NCBI GenBank assembly: GCA_036338615.1
Contig: JAYZBT010000079.1
Location: forward strand, 1-54,486
DNA: 54,486 nt
Source: Gemmatimonadota bacterium
Lineage (GTDB): Bacteria > Gemmatimonadota > Gemmatimonadetes > Longimicrobiales > Gaopeijiaceae
Direction of reading: 5' to 3'
Positions 19,165-28,178 of this stretch are shown piece after piece. Position 1 is the first letter of the stretch; each line of letters begins with the position of its first letter. The position numbers and the translations under genes were made by a program. The notes beneath the pieces are model-generated. The model worked only from the letters and a program-made list of their open reading frames with translations, was not told the origin of the DNA and ran no database searches.

Positions 19165-19183
19165 GCCCACTCTGGGAGTGGGC
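19165..19183 (-). other. 8-bp stem / 3-nt loop hairpin between the decarboxylase beta gene and the Spy-like gene
   Basis: GCCCACTC-TGG-GAGTGGGC is a perfect stem with no U-tract. It could be a terminator, attenuator or processing site. Confidence 0.25.
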
Positions 19184-19275
19184 GCTCTATGCGCCCCTCT
19201 GAATGGATAGAGGCAGCCGCGAAGGATTTCGTTAAGACGGCGCTATGTGGCCCCGGGGACAATACCGGGAATCGG

Positions 19276-19887
19276 CTAGGCGGGATTCGCGGCGAGGGCG
19301 TCTCGCAGTGTGCGCGACCACTCGGCGATCGACACGCGCAAGTAACGCGCGGCCTCTGATTCGCTGCGGCTGATCGGGCCCTCGGTACCCGGTTCGACCC
19401 GCACATGCACCAGAGTCGGGCCCGGAGCTTCAGGGGACCTCTCGAGAATGCCCGGCACCGCCTCGACGTACTCCCGGGCATCGTCGAAACGGAAGACGCG
19501 TGGGAAGCCCGCGGCCATGGCCATCGCCGCGTAGTCGATCGACCCCGAGGCGGCCACCGGCTGGTTGCCTGTGATCTCGTAAACCCCGTTGTCCACGACG
19601 ATCAACACGAAGTTCTCGGCGCGGGCGCCGACGGCCGTGGCCAGAGTCCCCAGGGCCATGAGCATGCTCCCGTCTCCGTTCAAGCAGACGACCGTACGGT
19701 CCGGGCGTGCCAACGCGATGCCGAGCGCCAGGTCCGCCGCGTGTCCCATCGCGCTGTCCGTGGAGGCGAAGTCGAGGTCGTGATCGGAGAGTCGACCCCA
19801 CGGCCGAGTGACGCTCATGGTCGTCACGACGACCTCGTTCGTGCGATGACGCGCGAGTGGCCCGAGCAATTGGGCGCGCGTCAACAC
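19276..19887 (-). CDS. TPP-dependent decarboxylase, beta subunit (sulfopyruvate/phosphonopyruvate decarboxylase ComE-like)
   Basis: 203 aa. TPP-binding motif CLNGDGSMLMALGTL...VVDNGVYEITGNQ. Size and order match split ComD/ComE enzymes. Confidence 0.75.
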   Translation of the reverse strand: MLTRAQLLGPLARHRTNEVVVTTMSVTRPWGRLSDHDLDFASTDSAMGHAADLALGIALARPDRTVVCLNGDGSMLMALGTLATAVGARAENFVLIVVDNGVYEITGNQPVAASGSIDYAAMAMAAGFPRVFRFDDAREYVEAVPGILERSPEAPGPTLVHVRVEPGTEGPISRSESEAARYLRVSIAEWSRTLRDALAANPA

Positions 19888-19903
19888 GGCGGGCCCCCGA
19901 ACA

Positions 19904-20443
19904 TCAGTCGAGCGCGCGCGCTACGATGACGGCGCTCGGCCGCTGGTGGGAACGAGCCGACTCGATGGTTCGCGCGAGTACCTCCGCCGGACTTTGCTCT
20001 CCCTCGCACCGCTCGAAGGGGATGCCCCAGGCGGCGAGCGTAGGTTCGGTCAGCAGCGCGGCGGAGTCTACGTCCGCTCGCGTCAGCAACTCACTGGTGC
20101 GCGGCTCGTCCGGCGTCACGCCGGCTCGGACCATCTTCCGGTAGCCGCGGCCGGTGACCAGAATCGGAATGGGCGCGGCCATGCGAACGGCTGTGCCGCG
20201 AAGGCTGTCGCCCGACTCGAGCAAGCCAGTGTTCTGGATCACCACGAGCGGTCTCGCGCCCCCGAGCCACAGTCCAGAGGCGATTGCGAAGGCCTCGCCC
20301 TCTCGAGTGACGGTGACGAGTCGCACTGACGGGTGTCGAGTGAGGGTGCGGAAGAGCGGCGCGGACGTCGAGTCGGGCAGTCCAACGACGTGCGTGATGT
20401 GGGCCGCGGCGAGTGTGCGCAGCGTCTCGTTCAGTCCACCCAA
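19904..20443 (-). CDS. TPP-dependent decarboxylase, alpha subunit (ComD-like, pyrimidine-binding domain)
   Basis: 179 aa. VVGLPDSTSAPLF and TREGEAFAIASG are typical of the TPP N-terminal (PYR) domain. TTG start overlaps the permease stop by 13 nt. Confidence 0.75.
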   Translation of the reverse strand: MGGLNETLRTLAAAHITHVVGLPDSTSAPLFRTLTRHPSVRLVTVTREGEAFAIASGLWLGGARPLVVIQNTGLLESGDSLRGTAVRMAAPIPILVTGRGYRKMVRAGVTPDEPRTSELLTRADVDSAALLTEPTLAAWGIPFERCEGEQSPAEVLARTIESARSHQRPSAVIVARALD

Positions 20444-21804
20444 GGCTGATCTGTCGATGCGCTTCCCGTGGAATCAGTCGTAGCAGAACCGGAAGTCTTG
20501 CGAGTCGTGATCCATCCCGCCAGCAGAATCACGGCAATCACCGCGCCGGCGCCGGCGGCTAGCCGCCACTGCGTCCAAATGATGATCCCAATGATCCCGA
20601 GGTACAGCGCGACCGTCACGGCCGGTAGGGCCGGGTGGCCCGGCATGGTGAAGGGTCTCGCGAGATCGGGCCGCGAGATGCGCAGCTTGAAGTACCCCAT
20701 GAGGACCATCGTATCCACGGTGATCGCGACGGTCATCATGAAGCGAACCAGAAGTTCGAAGGCCCCCGAGAGCGCCAGCAACCCGATCCACGCCGAGATG
20801 AGATAAAGTGCGTTCCTTGGCGTGCCCCGTTGGTCCACCTCGGAGAACGCCCTGGGTGCCAGACCGTGTTGCGACAGCCCGAAAGCCACCCTCGGGAGCC
20901 CTAGAAAGTTGACGTTCAGGCTGCTGATGAGAATGAGGAGACTCGCGACGACCACCAGCGTCCCCGCGGTATCGCCGAATACAGCCGCGATCGCGTCTTG
21001 CGCGACCAGTTCGGACCCGGCCATAGCCTCGGGCGTGAGCGCGGAGAGAAACGCCACGTTCAGCAACAAGTAGAGCACCATTACCGCGAGCGAGCCGCCG
21101 ACCAGGATCTTGGGTAGGGCGGTACCCGGGTCCTGGACCTCAGCGGCCATCTTCGCCGCGTCTTCCCATCCGTAGTACGCGAACGAGATGGACTGATACG
21201 CGAGCGCGAAGCCCAGCAGCCCGGCGGTCGGCCCCGACGCATCGGTGACCGCTGGTTGGAAGCCGATGAGGTCACCCGCCCAGAGGCCGGTGCACGCGAT
21301 CGCGATCACGATGAGGACCTTGATCGCGGTTGTGACGTTCTGAAATGTGGTGCTCGCCTCGAGCCCCCGGGTGTGCAGGAAGAAAAAGGCCACGCAGACG
21401 GCGAGCGCGAGAAGCCCGACGGAACCGCGGCCTCCCGTGAGGATCCGGATGTATTCTGCGATCGCGACCGCCTTTACCGCGCCCGAAAAACCCCTGCTCA
21501 CGAGTAGCTCGGACCACCCGGCCAGGAAGCCCATCGTGTCGCCCCAAGCGTGGCGCGCGTACACGTACTTGCCGCCGGCTTCGGGCAGCGCGGCGGCCAT
21601 TTCGGCGAGAACCAGAGTCGAGAGCGCCACGACGACGCCGCCGAAGAACCAGGCGCCAAGGATGAGCCAAGCGTTTCCGAGATGCCCGGCGATCAGGCCG
21701 GGCGTGCGCAGAATGCCGGCTCCGATCACGATGCCGACGGTGACGGCCATGCCGTCTCGCACTCGTAAGATCCGGCGCAGTTGGTAGCGTCCGGAGTCGG
21801 TCAT
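20431..21804 (-). CDS. APC-superfamily amino acid/organic ion permease
   Basis: 457 aa with about 12 hydrophobic segments and an APC-type N-terminal GIVIGAGILRTPG motif. Confidence 0.85.
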   Translation of the reverse strand: MTDSGRYQLRRILRVRDGMAVTVGIVIGAGILRTPGLIAGHLGNAWLILGAWFFGGVVVALSTLVLAEMAAALPEAGGKYVYARHAWGDTMGFLAGWSELLVSRGFSGAVKAVAIAEYIRILTGGRGSVGLLALAVCVAFFFLHTRGLEASTTFQNVTTAIKVLIVIAIACTGLWAGDLIGFQPAVTDASGPTAGLLGFALAYQSISFAYYGWEDAAKMAAEVQDPGTALPKILVGGSLAVMVLYLLLNVAFLSALTPEAMAGSELVAQDAIAAVFGDTAGTLVVVASLLILISSLNVNFLGLPRVAFGLSQHGLAPRAFSEVDQRGTPRNALYLISAWIGLLALSGAFELLVRFMMTVAITVDTMVLMGYFKLRISRPDLARPFTMPGHPALPAVTVALYLGIIGIIIWTQWRLAAGAGAVIAVILLAGWITTRKTSGSATTDSTGSASTDQPWVD

Positions 21805-21821
21805 CCGCGCTTCGTCATCAT

Positions 21822-22526
21822 TCAGCGCCCCTCGATCTTCACGCGAATTAGGCGATCCAGCTCGGGAAACTCCGCGTCCAGATACGCGTTTCCTTCGGTC
21901 ACGATTCGGCTTTGATCGCCTCGACGCACGCCGCCACCCGAGTCCTCGCCATAGCCCGAATAGATGGAGTCGACCACGCTCTCCATCCCCTCCACAACGC
22001 GAGCGAAGGGTGAGAAGCCCTGCCCATCGAGGCGCGAGTTGTCGACCATGCTGATGTAGACCTGCGTCGAGCGTGTCCCAGGCTCGGTGAACGCGAACGC
22101 CAACGTACCGCGCACGTTACTCGCCACTGCGGGGTCGTCCGCCATGCCGTGGTCGTACCATACAGCGTTTACTTCCGGGTCGCCGGAGACGCCCCATTGG
22201 GTGATGAAGCCGGGCACGGTCCTGTGGAAACGCACGTCGTCGTAGTATCCGTGACGGATCAGGTTGTAGAAGCGGTCGGCACCCAGCGGTGCCCACGCGC
22301 GTACGACCTCGAGCACAAACGTGCCGCGTGTGGTCTCGAGGTGGGCGCGGAACGTGTCGGGCGCGGGCTCGGACCAAGCGGGATGGCTGGTGTCGAGCAG
22401 GATCACTCGCGAGTCGAGCGCCGCGACCTGTTCCAGGGCCGCACGCTCGGAGGGCTCGCTCATGCAGGAGGAGGCCACCAGCGCGAGCAACACCGCCACG
22501 CCGAGATGTCGGTGCCTGTGCCTCAC
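21822..22526 (-). CDS. peptidylprolyl isomerase, cyclophilin type, lipoprotein
   Basis: Lipobox LVASSC and cyclophilin motifs FHRTVPGFITQWG and GTLAFA. 4-nt overlap with the lutC stop. Confidence 0.85.
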   Translation of the reverse strand: MRHRHRHLGVAVLLALVASSCMSEPSERAALEQVAALDSRVILLDTSHPAWSEPAPDTFRAHLETTRGTFVLEVVRAWAPLGADRFYNLIRHGYYDDVRFHRTVPGFITQWGVSGDPEVNAVWYDHGMADDPAVASNVRGTLAFAFTEPGTRSTQVYISMVDNSRLDGQGFSPFARVVEGMESVVDSIYSGYGEDSGGGVRRGDQSRIVTEGNAYLDAEFPELDRLIRVKIEGR

Positions 22527-23110
22527 TCGTCTCCTCCAATCAAAACCGCCACCAGTCGTCCCGGTCCGTGCACTCCCTTTACCAGGATCTGCCCGATATC
22601 CGCGGACTTCGACGGACCCGAGTGCAATCCAATGGCGGAGGGAAGGTCGTCGGCCATGTCCAGGAGCGCCTCTCGTAACGTCGCATAGACGTGCTCGACG
22701 CGAAGGAACACCACGTGTGTCGGCACCAATAGTTGGGCCCGACGTCCGTCTCGGGCGTCCATGATCAGCGAGCCGGTTTCGGCGACGGCGCCCCGCGCCA
22801 CGGACACTCCGAGCGGAGCGATGTCCGGCGATGCCGTTGGAATGGGAGGCCGAAGCGCCGCCGGCACCGACTCACCCACCGCGCTGCTGTCGAAGCCGCC
22901 GCAAAACGTCGCGAGCCAACTCGTCGCCGCGTCCAAGTTCGGCTGGTGTACGACCTCGCCTCCGGCGGCTTCGAGCAGGTGAACCAGCCCGTCCACGGGG
23001 CTGCGTGGGGTCCTGGGCCGCCATCCCTCGAACGCGCCCGGGTGCTCCACGGGGTCTCTTTCGCGCAGCGCTTCGCGCACCCTCCCGAGAATCCGCTCAC
23101 GGGCGGTCAC
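22523..23110 (-). CDS. lutC: lactate utilization protein C (LUD/DUF162 domain)
   Basis: 195 aa from the GTG at 23110 (GTGA overlap with the lutB stop). Typical LutC layout (RILGRVREAL..., ETGSLIM..., GPSKSADIGQILV). Confidence 0.75.
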   Translation of the reverse strand: MTARERILGRVREALRERDPVEHPGAFEGWRPRTPRSPVDGLVHLLEAAGGEVVHQPNLDAATSWLATFCGGFDSSAVGESVPAALRPPIPTASPDIAPLGVSVARGAVAETGSLIMDARDGRRAQLLVPTHVVFLRVEHVYATLREALLDMADDLPSAIGLHSGPSKSADIGQILVKGVHGPGRLVAVLIGGDE

Positions 23111-24501
23111 TCGATGCCCTCCTTCCACATTTGCAGGAAGCTCTTCGCGCTCGACTTGGGAGCCGATCGCTCCTGCATCCACCCGCCGAGCACGGGCAGC
23201 GCGCGACCCCCGAGTCCGAGCGGGACGTGTCGCAGAACCGCGCCAGCCGCGCTGAACAGCCCCGGCCGTTGGGCCATCTTCGTATACGCCTTGAGACCCA
23301 CGGTTTCGACCTTCGGCGTGAGGCCCTGCTCGACAGCCTTCTCCCTCCAGTGCACGAGTAGCTCGGGGATCGGGATGCGCACCGGGCAGACGTCGACGCA
23401 CGCGCCGCATAGGCTCGAGGCGTGGGGCAGCGGCAACGCTTCTTCCAGGCCGAGCATGCCCGGAGCGATGATCGCGCCGATGGGACCGGAATACGTCCAG
23501 CCGTATGGATGCCCGCCGGTCTGCCGGTAGACCGGACAGATGTTGAGACACGCCCCACAGCGCACACACCGGAGCGCCTCCCAGGCGGCCTCGTCGGCGA
23601 GCAGCCTGGTACGTCCGTTGTCCACCAGCACGACGTGCACCTCTTCCGGACCGTCGACCTCGTCACTCCGTCGTGGCCCTTGAATGAGCGAGACGAAGTT
23701 GCCGATCGGCTGACCCGTGGCGGCGCGCGAGGTGAGCTGCAGGAATGCGGACACGTCCTCGAGCCTGGGGACAAGCTTTTCGATGCCCACGAACGCCACA
23801 TGGACGCGCGGCAGCGAAGTCGAGAGACGGATATTCCCTTCGTTTTCGATGAGGGCGATCGTGCCGCTGTCCGCAGCCAGGAAGTTTCCCCCGGAGATCC
23901 CGAGGTCCGCGGCCAGGAATTCAGCGCGAAGCGCGTCCCGGGCTGCGGTGGCGAGTTCGTCGGGATCCGCGTCGAGAGGGGTGCCCAATCGTTCGTGGAA
24001 GAGCTTTCGGCAGTCGTCGACACTGCGGTGAATCGCCGGCCCGACGATGTGGCTCGGCGGCTCGTCCAGCAGCTGGATGATGTACTCGCCGAGGTCGGTC
24101 TCTCTCACGTGCACGCCCAGGCCTTCGAGGTGTCGGTTCACGCCCAACTCCTCACTCAACATGCTCTTGGCCTTTACGGCGCTCTCCACGCCGTGCTCGC
24201 GCACAATTTCGCCGAGTATGGTGAGTGCATCGTCCGCGCTTTCTGCCCAGTGAACGCGCGTTCCGTTCGACGTCAGCTGTCGCTCGGCCTGCTCCAGGTA
24301 TTGGTCCAGGTGCGTGAGCACGTGCGTCTTCACGTCCCGGGCCCAATCCCGCCACCGATCCGCGTCGATCTGTCCCCATGCGTGGACGCGGTGGGCGTCG
24401 AAGGTGCGCGTGGCCGCGGTTACCGAGTCACGCACTTCGGGTTTGTCGCGAATCGCCTTCGCGGACTCACGCCGATAGTTCGTGGGTCCCGAGAAACTCA
24501 T
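23107..24501 (-). CDS. lutB: lactate utilization protein B (4Fe-4S, LUD domain)
   Basis: 464 aa from the ATG at 24501 (ATGA overlap with the lutA stop). Two ferredoxin-type clusters are present: CVRCGACLNICPVY and CGACVDVCPVRI. Confidence 0.85.
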   Translation of the reverse strand: MSFSGPTNYRRESAKAIRDKPEVRDSVTAATRTFDAHRVHAWGQIDADRWRDWARDVKTHVLTHLDQYLEQAERQLTSNGTRVHWAESADDALTILGEIVREHGVESAVKAKSMLSEELGVNRHLEGLGVHVRETDLGEYIIQLLDEPPSHIVGPAIHRSVDDCRKLFHERLGTPLDADPDELATAARDALRAEFLAADLGISGGNFLAADSGTIALIENEGNIRLSTSLPRVHVAFVGIEKLVPRLEDVSAFLQLTSRAATGQPIGNFVSLIQGPRRSDEVDGPEEVHVVLVDNGRTRLLADEAAWEALRCVRCGACLNICPVYRQTGGHPYGWTYSGPIGAIIAPGMLGLEEALPLPHASSLCGACVDVCPVRIPIPELLVHWREKAVEQGLTPKVETVGLKAYTKMAQRPGLFSAAGAVLRHVPLGLGGRALPVLGGWMQERSAPKSSAKSFLQMWKEGIE

Positions 24502-25208
24502 TCTGCGACTCCCCGCCACAGCGCGCTTGCGAGGTGTACGAATGCCGTGCCTGTACCGCGCTTTTGCGCGCGTCCTGTGAGTTGCAGAAGGCAGCCCCCG
24601 TCTGCGGAGGTCACGAAATCGACGTCGGGGAGGGTATCGATCTTCCGGTCCGCCATGGCGGCGGACGCCTCCGGGAGCTTGGCGCTGAAGAGGCCGCCGA
24701 ACCCGCAGCACTCTTCGTCCGCCTCCCAAGGCACGACTTCGGCCCCGCAACCCGCCAGCAGCGCGACCGGTTCGTCCTTCACACCGAGCTCGCGTAGCGC
24801 GTGGCAACCATGGTGATACGCGACGCGGCGCCCCTGCAGGCCCGAGCCCAGCGAATCGACCTCCAGTACGGTACGTAGGAACTGAGATAGTTCGTACGTA
24901 CGCTCGACGAGCGATGCAACCCTGAGGTCGGACCCCACGAGTCCCGGATAGAAGCATCGCATCATGCCTGCACAGCTCCCGGAAGGAAGCACCACGTACT
25001 CGGCATCAGCGAAGACCTTCAGCGTGTGTTCGGCCATGCTCTGGGCTTCTTCCGGCTGGCCGGAGTTGTAAGCGGGCTGACCACAGCATGTTTGCCCCTC
25101 GGGCACTTCGACATCGATGCCGAGGTGGCGGAGGAGGCGCACCATATCCGCGCAGGCGTCCGCGTAGAATTGATTGCAAAGGCAGGTAGCGAAGACGGAG
25201 ACTCGCAC
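24498..25208 (-). CDS. lutA: lactate utilization protein A ((Fe-S)-binding CCG-domain oxidoreductase)
   Basis: 236 aa from the GTG at 25208 (VRVSVFATCL...). Two CCG motifs are present: QTCCGQPAYNSG and ECCGFGGLF. Confidence 0.85.
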   Translation of the reverse strand: MRVSVFATCLCNQFYADACADMVRLLRHLGIDVEVPEGQTCCGQPAYNSGQPEEAQSMAEHTLKVFADAEYVVLPSGSCAGMMRCFYPGLVGSDLRVASLVERTYELSQFLRTVLEVDSLGSGLQGRRVAYHHGCHALRELGVKDEPVALLAGCGAEVVPWEADEECCGFGGLFSAKLPEASAAMADRKIDTLPDVDFVTSADGGCLLQLTGRAQKRGTGTAFVHLASALWRGVAE

Positions 25209-26811
25209 TAGCGACCGGACTCTCGGGTCATCGACCTCAACACCTCGAAAACGGACTCGTGCTCTGTTGCCATGGCGAGCGCGAATCTCGGGTCGCCGCT
25301 CAGGTAGGCCGTCAGCCGAGGGTTGCGGTCGGGCTCGACGACGACCCACCGTGCGGCGAAGTGATCGCGAAGCGCTTCGTAGGTATCGGTCGAGAGGGCA
25401 CCCATGCACGAGAGGGCGTCGCACGTTCGTTCGACGTTGATGTCCGCTGACAAGTACAAATACTCCCAGTAGAACCTCGGCTCGTGCACGAACTGGAAGA
25501 TCGGGTCCATGCCACCGATGTAGAGATTTTTCCGGTTCTGTGCGAAGAGTGGCCCAAAGTTGTCCCAATGCGCGTGAAATGCCACCTCTCCGGGTTCGCT
25601 GTTGGCTTCGAGAAAGGCCGCTGGACCGGTCATGGTATCGGGGCGAAATGCGGCGCGGTCGACGTTGACGACGTGCCGGTATCCTCCCCACCCCGCTAGC
25701 ACCACGAACAAGAAAACGGCCAAGCGACGCACGCTACGTCTGTGGTACACGTAGACCACGTGTGTCCAGAAGAGCGGTAGCGCCAAGAATCCGAACGCGA
25801 CCCATTGCTCCATCGCTCCCCGTGCCGTGGCGAGCGTGAGCGCAAAGAAAGACAATGAGATCAGGATGGTCGTGAGCAGAAGCGTGCGCTCCTCCGCAGG
25901 CACGTCCAGAAGCTTCTTGCGGGCCAGATAGACGAGCGTAGCGACGCAGACCATCACCCACGCGGCGAGGAAGAGCCCCGACGTGGTCAGGAGTTCCCGC
26001 ATCGGAAGGGGGAACAGTTCGGCGGTGAAGAGTTGCGGCTGTCTGGTTGCCTTGAAGAAGACGAGGCGAATCAACTCGACGTTGGCGAGCAGCCCCGTCT
26101 CGATCGGGTGCGGGCGTAGTAGCCAGCCGGCGACCGTCCCGAGAAAAACCGCGGACACCGCTTGTCTTGGCGAAACGCTGGCTCGCGCCTCGGTCGCTCC
26201 GAAGAGGGATTCGCCGAGACGCACGAGCAGGTACGCGAGGACACTGGCCGGGCCCACCCAAAAAAGACTGAGGTGGGTCCACGTGATCAATGCGCTGACC
26301 ATGAACACGGCTCGCCAGCGGCCCCGGGCGAGGAGAGACAGGAGGACCAGACCCGCCGCCAGCGAAACCAGGTGCGGTCTCAGCATCAGGTGGCGAAAAA
26401 ACACATCAGGCACCGCGATCATGAAGACAACGGTCCACGCGGCGGCTCCGCCGACCTCGTGACGGCTCAGAATCCAGAAGAACGATGTCGCGAGCGCGAG
26501 CGTGAGTACCAGCGATGCGAGTCGGATTCCCCAGACGACGTCGCTGAACATCGTGAACGGCATCAACCCGACGTGGAATCCCCACCAAAGATCCGCGCCG
26601 CGGTCCGCGATGACGGACTTCGTCGCCCACGGAAGTGAGGTGTCGAACATCGATCCCTCAGCGTAGACGGAGGCATGCCCCAGGTGACGGAGGCATGCCC
26701 CAGGTGATAGAAACCCTCGAGGTCTGCGACCTTGGGAAAGAGCGTTATGTGGCCGAGCGCGACCACGAAGATCACAGCTCCAAGACCGAGTTTGTTCATG
26801 CCGCGGAACAT
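25208..26811 (-). pseudogene. large polytopic membrane protein (GT-C/ArnT-PMT-like glycosyltransferase fold suspected) disrupted by a 20-bp tandem duplication
   Basis: The N-terminal 46 codons (MFRGMNKLGLGAVIFVVALGHITLFPKVADLEGFYHLGHASV) are in one frame and the remaining ~480 codons (HLGHASVYAEGSMFDTSLPW...) in another. Removing one 20-bp copy gives 1584 nt, exactly 528 codons. Confidence 0.6.
26666..26707. repeat. perfect 20-bp tandem duplication GACGGAGGCATGCCCCAGGT x2 (+2 nt)
   Basis: Read directly: 26666-26685 equals 26686-26705, and the next two bases (GA) continue the repeat. Confidence 0.95.
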
Positions 26812-26888
26812 GCTTGCTCATGCGCCAAACGGGCAAGAAAGTCGGCGCGCAGCGGGAGGGCAGCTCGTCGGCGCCCCACTCGTGGGGG

Positions 26889-27082
26889 CTAGCCCTCCGC
26901 TCTACCGGGCTTGGGGAAGAACTGGTCGATCAGCAGGGGGTTGCCGTCTGGATCCGTGAACGCGATGTGCGCCGGGCCATTTCCGTCGGGCTCGGTGTCC
27001 GTCGTCAACTCGATGCCTGCGTCGAGGAGCCGGTGACCTCGAAGTCGAGCTTCTCGTAGAAGTCGATGGAGACGCCCTGGCG
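26889..27082 (-). pseudogene. degraded glyoxalase/VOC-family remnant (internally deleted and frameshifted)
   Basis: [16 protein letters not shown] (VOC N-terminal signature) lies directly after the desaturase stop. It then shifts frame to [36 protein letters not shown] (VOC C-terminal signature). About 65 of the expected ~120 aa remain. Confidence 0.35.
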
Positions 27083-28024
27083 CTATGCGGCCTTCTTCGC
27101 GGCCTCCCCCAGCCTCTTCAGGTCCTTGAAGCGGATCAATTCCTGATTCTCCTCGTCCCATAAGGAGAGGTTGATCAGCTTCAGCGTATCGCGAAGGCGC
27201 ACCTTGGTTACGACGTGGAACTCCTCGTTCTCGTCGTGTGCCTGCTGCAGCTTGTAGTTCGGAATCCGCGCACTCATGTGGTGCACGTGATGCACGCCGA
27301 TGTTCCCCGTGATCCACTGTAGAGGTGCGGGCAGCACGAGGTACGAGCTTCCGAGCAACGAAGCGTCGTAGTAGTCCCAGCCGTCATGCCAATGCCAATA
27401 AGTCTCCTCGAACTGGTGTTGCACGTAGAACATCCAGACGCCGAGCGTCGAGCCGATCAGCGTTACGGGGAGTTGCACCATCAAGAAAGGCCCGATCCCG
27501 ATGGTCAGCCACATCACGGCGACAATCCCCGCGATCGCCACGTTGGTCCACCAAACGCTGCGCCACGCCTGCTTCCATTCGCTGGGAGCGTCGGTGGGGA
27601 AGCGGTGCTTGACCAAGAACTGGTACGCCGGCCCCACTCCAAAGAGTACCAGGGGGTGCCGATAGACGCGGTACTGGAGGCGCTGCGACCTGGTCAGCTC
27701 GTAGTACTCGCGCACGGTGATCGTGTCGACGTCCCCGAAGCCCCGAAAGTCCAGATCACCCGAGTGAGCGTGATGGTACGCGTGCGTCTTTCGCCAGTAG
27801 TCGTAGGGCGTCAGCAGTAGTGTCCCGATCACACGTCCGACCCAATCCCGCGCGCGCCGGGACTTGAAGAAGTTTCCGTGTCCGCAGTCGTGCTGGATGA
27901 TGAAAAGGCGGATCAAGAACCCCGCGGTCGGGACCGCGAGCGCGAGCGTCAGCCAGTAGCTGTACTCGAGGCTGCGCAGCATCGAGTACCACAACACCGT
28001 GAAGGGGATCGCGGATGTGAGCAA
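27083..28024 (-). CDS. membrane fatty acid desaturase
   Basis: Three His boxes: HDCGH, HAYHHAH and HHVHH. The annotated TTG at 28024 is the first canonical start, but conserved-looking in-frame sequence continues upstream to 28174 (see findings). Confidence 0.85.
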   Translation of the reverse strand: MLTSAIPFTVLWYSMLRSLEYSYWLTLALAVPTAGFLIRLFIIQHDCGHGNFFKSRRARDWVGRVIGTLLLTPYDYWRKTHAYHHAHSGDLDFRGFGDVDTITVREYYELTRSQRLQYRVYRHPLVLFGVGPAYQFLVKHRFPTDAPSEWKQAWRSVWWTNVAIAGIVAVMWLTIGIGPFLMVQLPVTLIGSTLGVWMFYVQHQFEETYWHWHDGWDYYDASLLGSSYLVLPAPLQWITGNIGVHHVHHMSARIPNYKLQQAHDENEEFHVVTKVRLRDTLKLINLSLWDEENQELIRFKDLKRLGEAAKKAA

Positions 28025-28178
28025 CTGCGTTATGCTGCGCTTGGTGTCCGCGCCCCAATACGGCTTGAGGATGCGATTCCACCGGTCGATCTTCGCGCGA
28101 TCGGGCGCGGCGTGGTGCGACGCAGAGTCACGCTTCCTATTCGCGATCTTCAGGCGGTCACCTCTGCTTCTTGCTCAC

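Noticed and set aside
19276-20443. Idea that the split TPP decarboxylase marks a phosphonate biosynthetic gene cluster
   Set aside because: No PEP mutase, aminotransferase/AEP or other phosphonate tailoring genes are adjacent. The neighbours are lutABC, a cyclophilin and a permease. It is kept only as an open-substrate decarboxylase.
23422-24816. 464-aa plus-strand ORF
   Set aside because: It is an antisense shadow of lutB/lutA. The minus strand carries the 4Fe-4S and CCG motifs.
23111-25691. N-terminal extensions of the lutC (to 23569), lutB (to 24957) and lutA (to 25691) ORFs in the track
   Set aside because: Each extension overlaps the 3' end of the upstream gene in another frame and translates to Arg/Pro/Gly-rich junk. 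Internal GTG/ATG starts give canonical protein lengths and ATGA/GTGA coupling.
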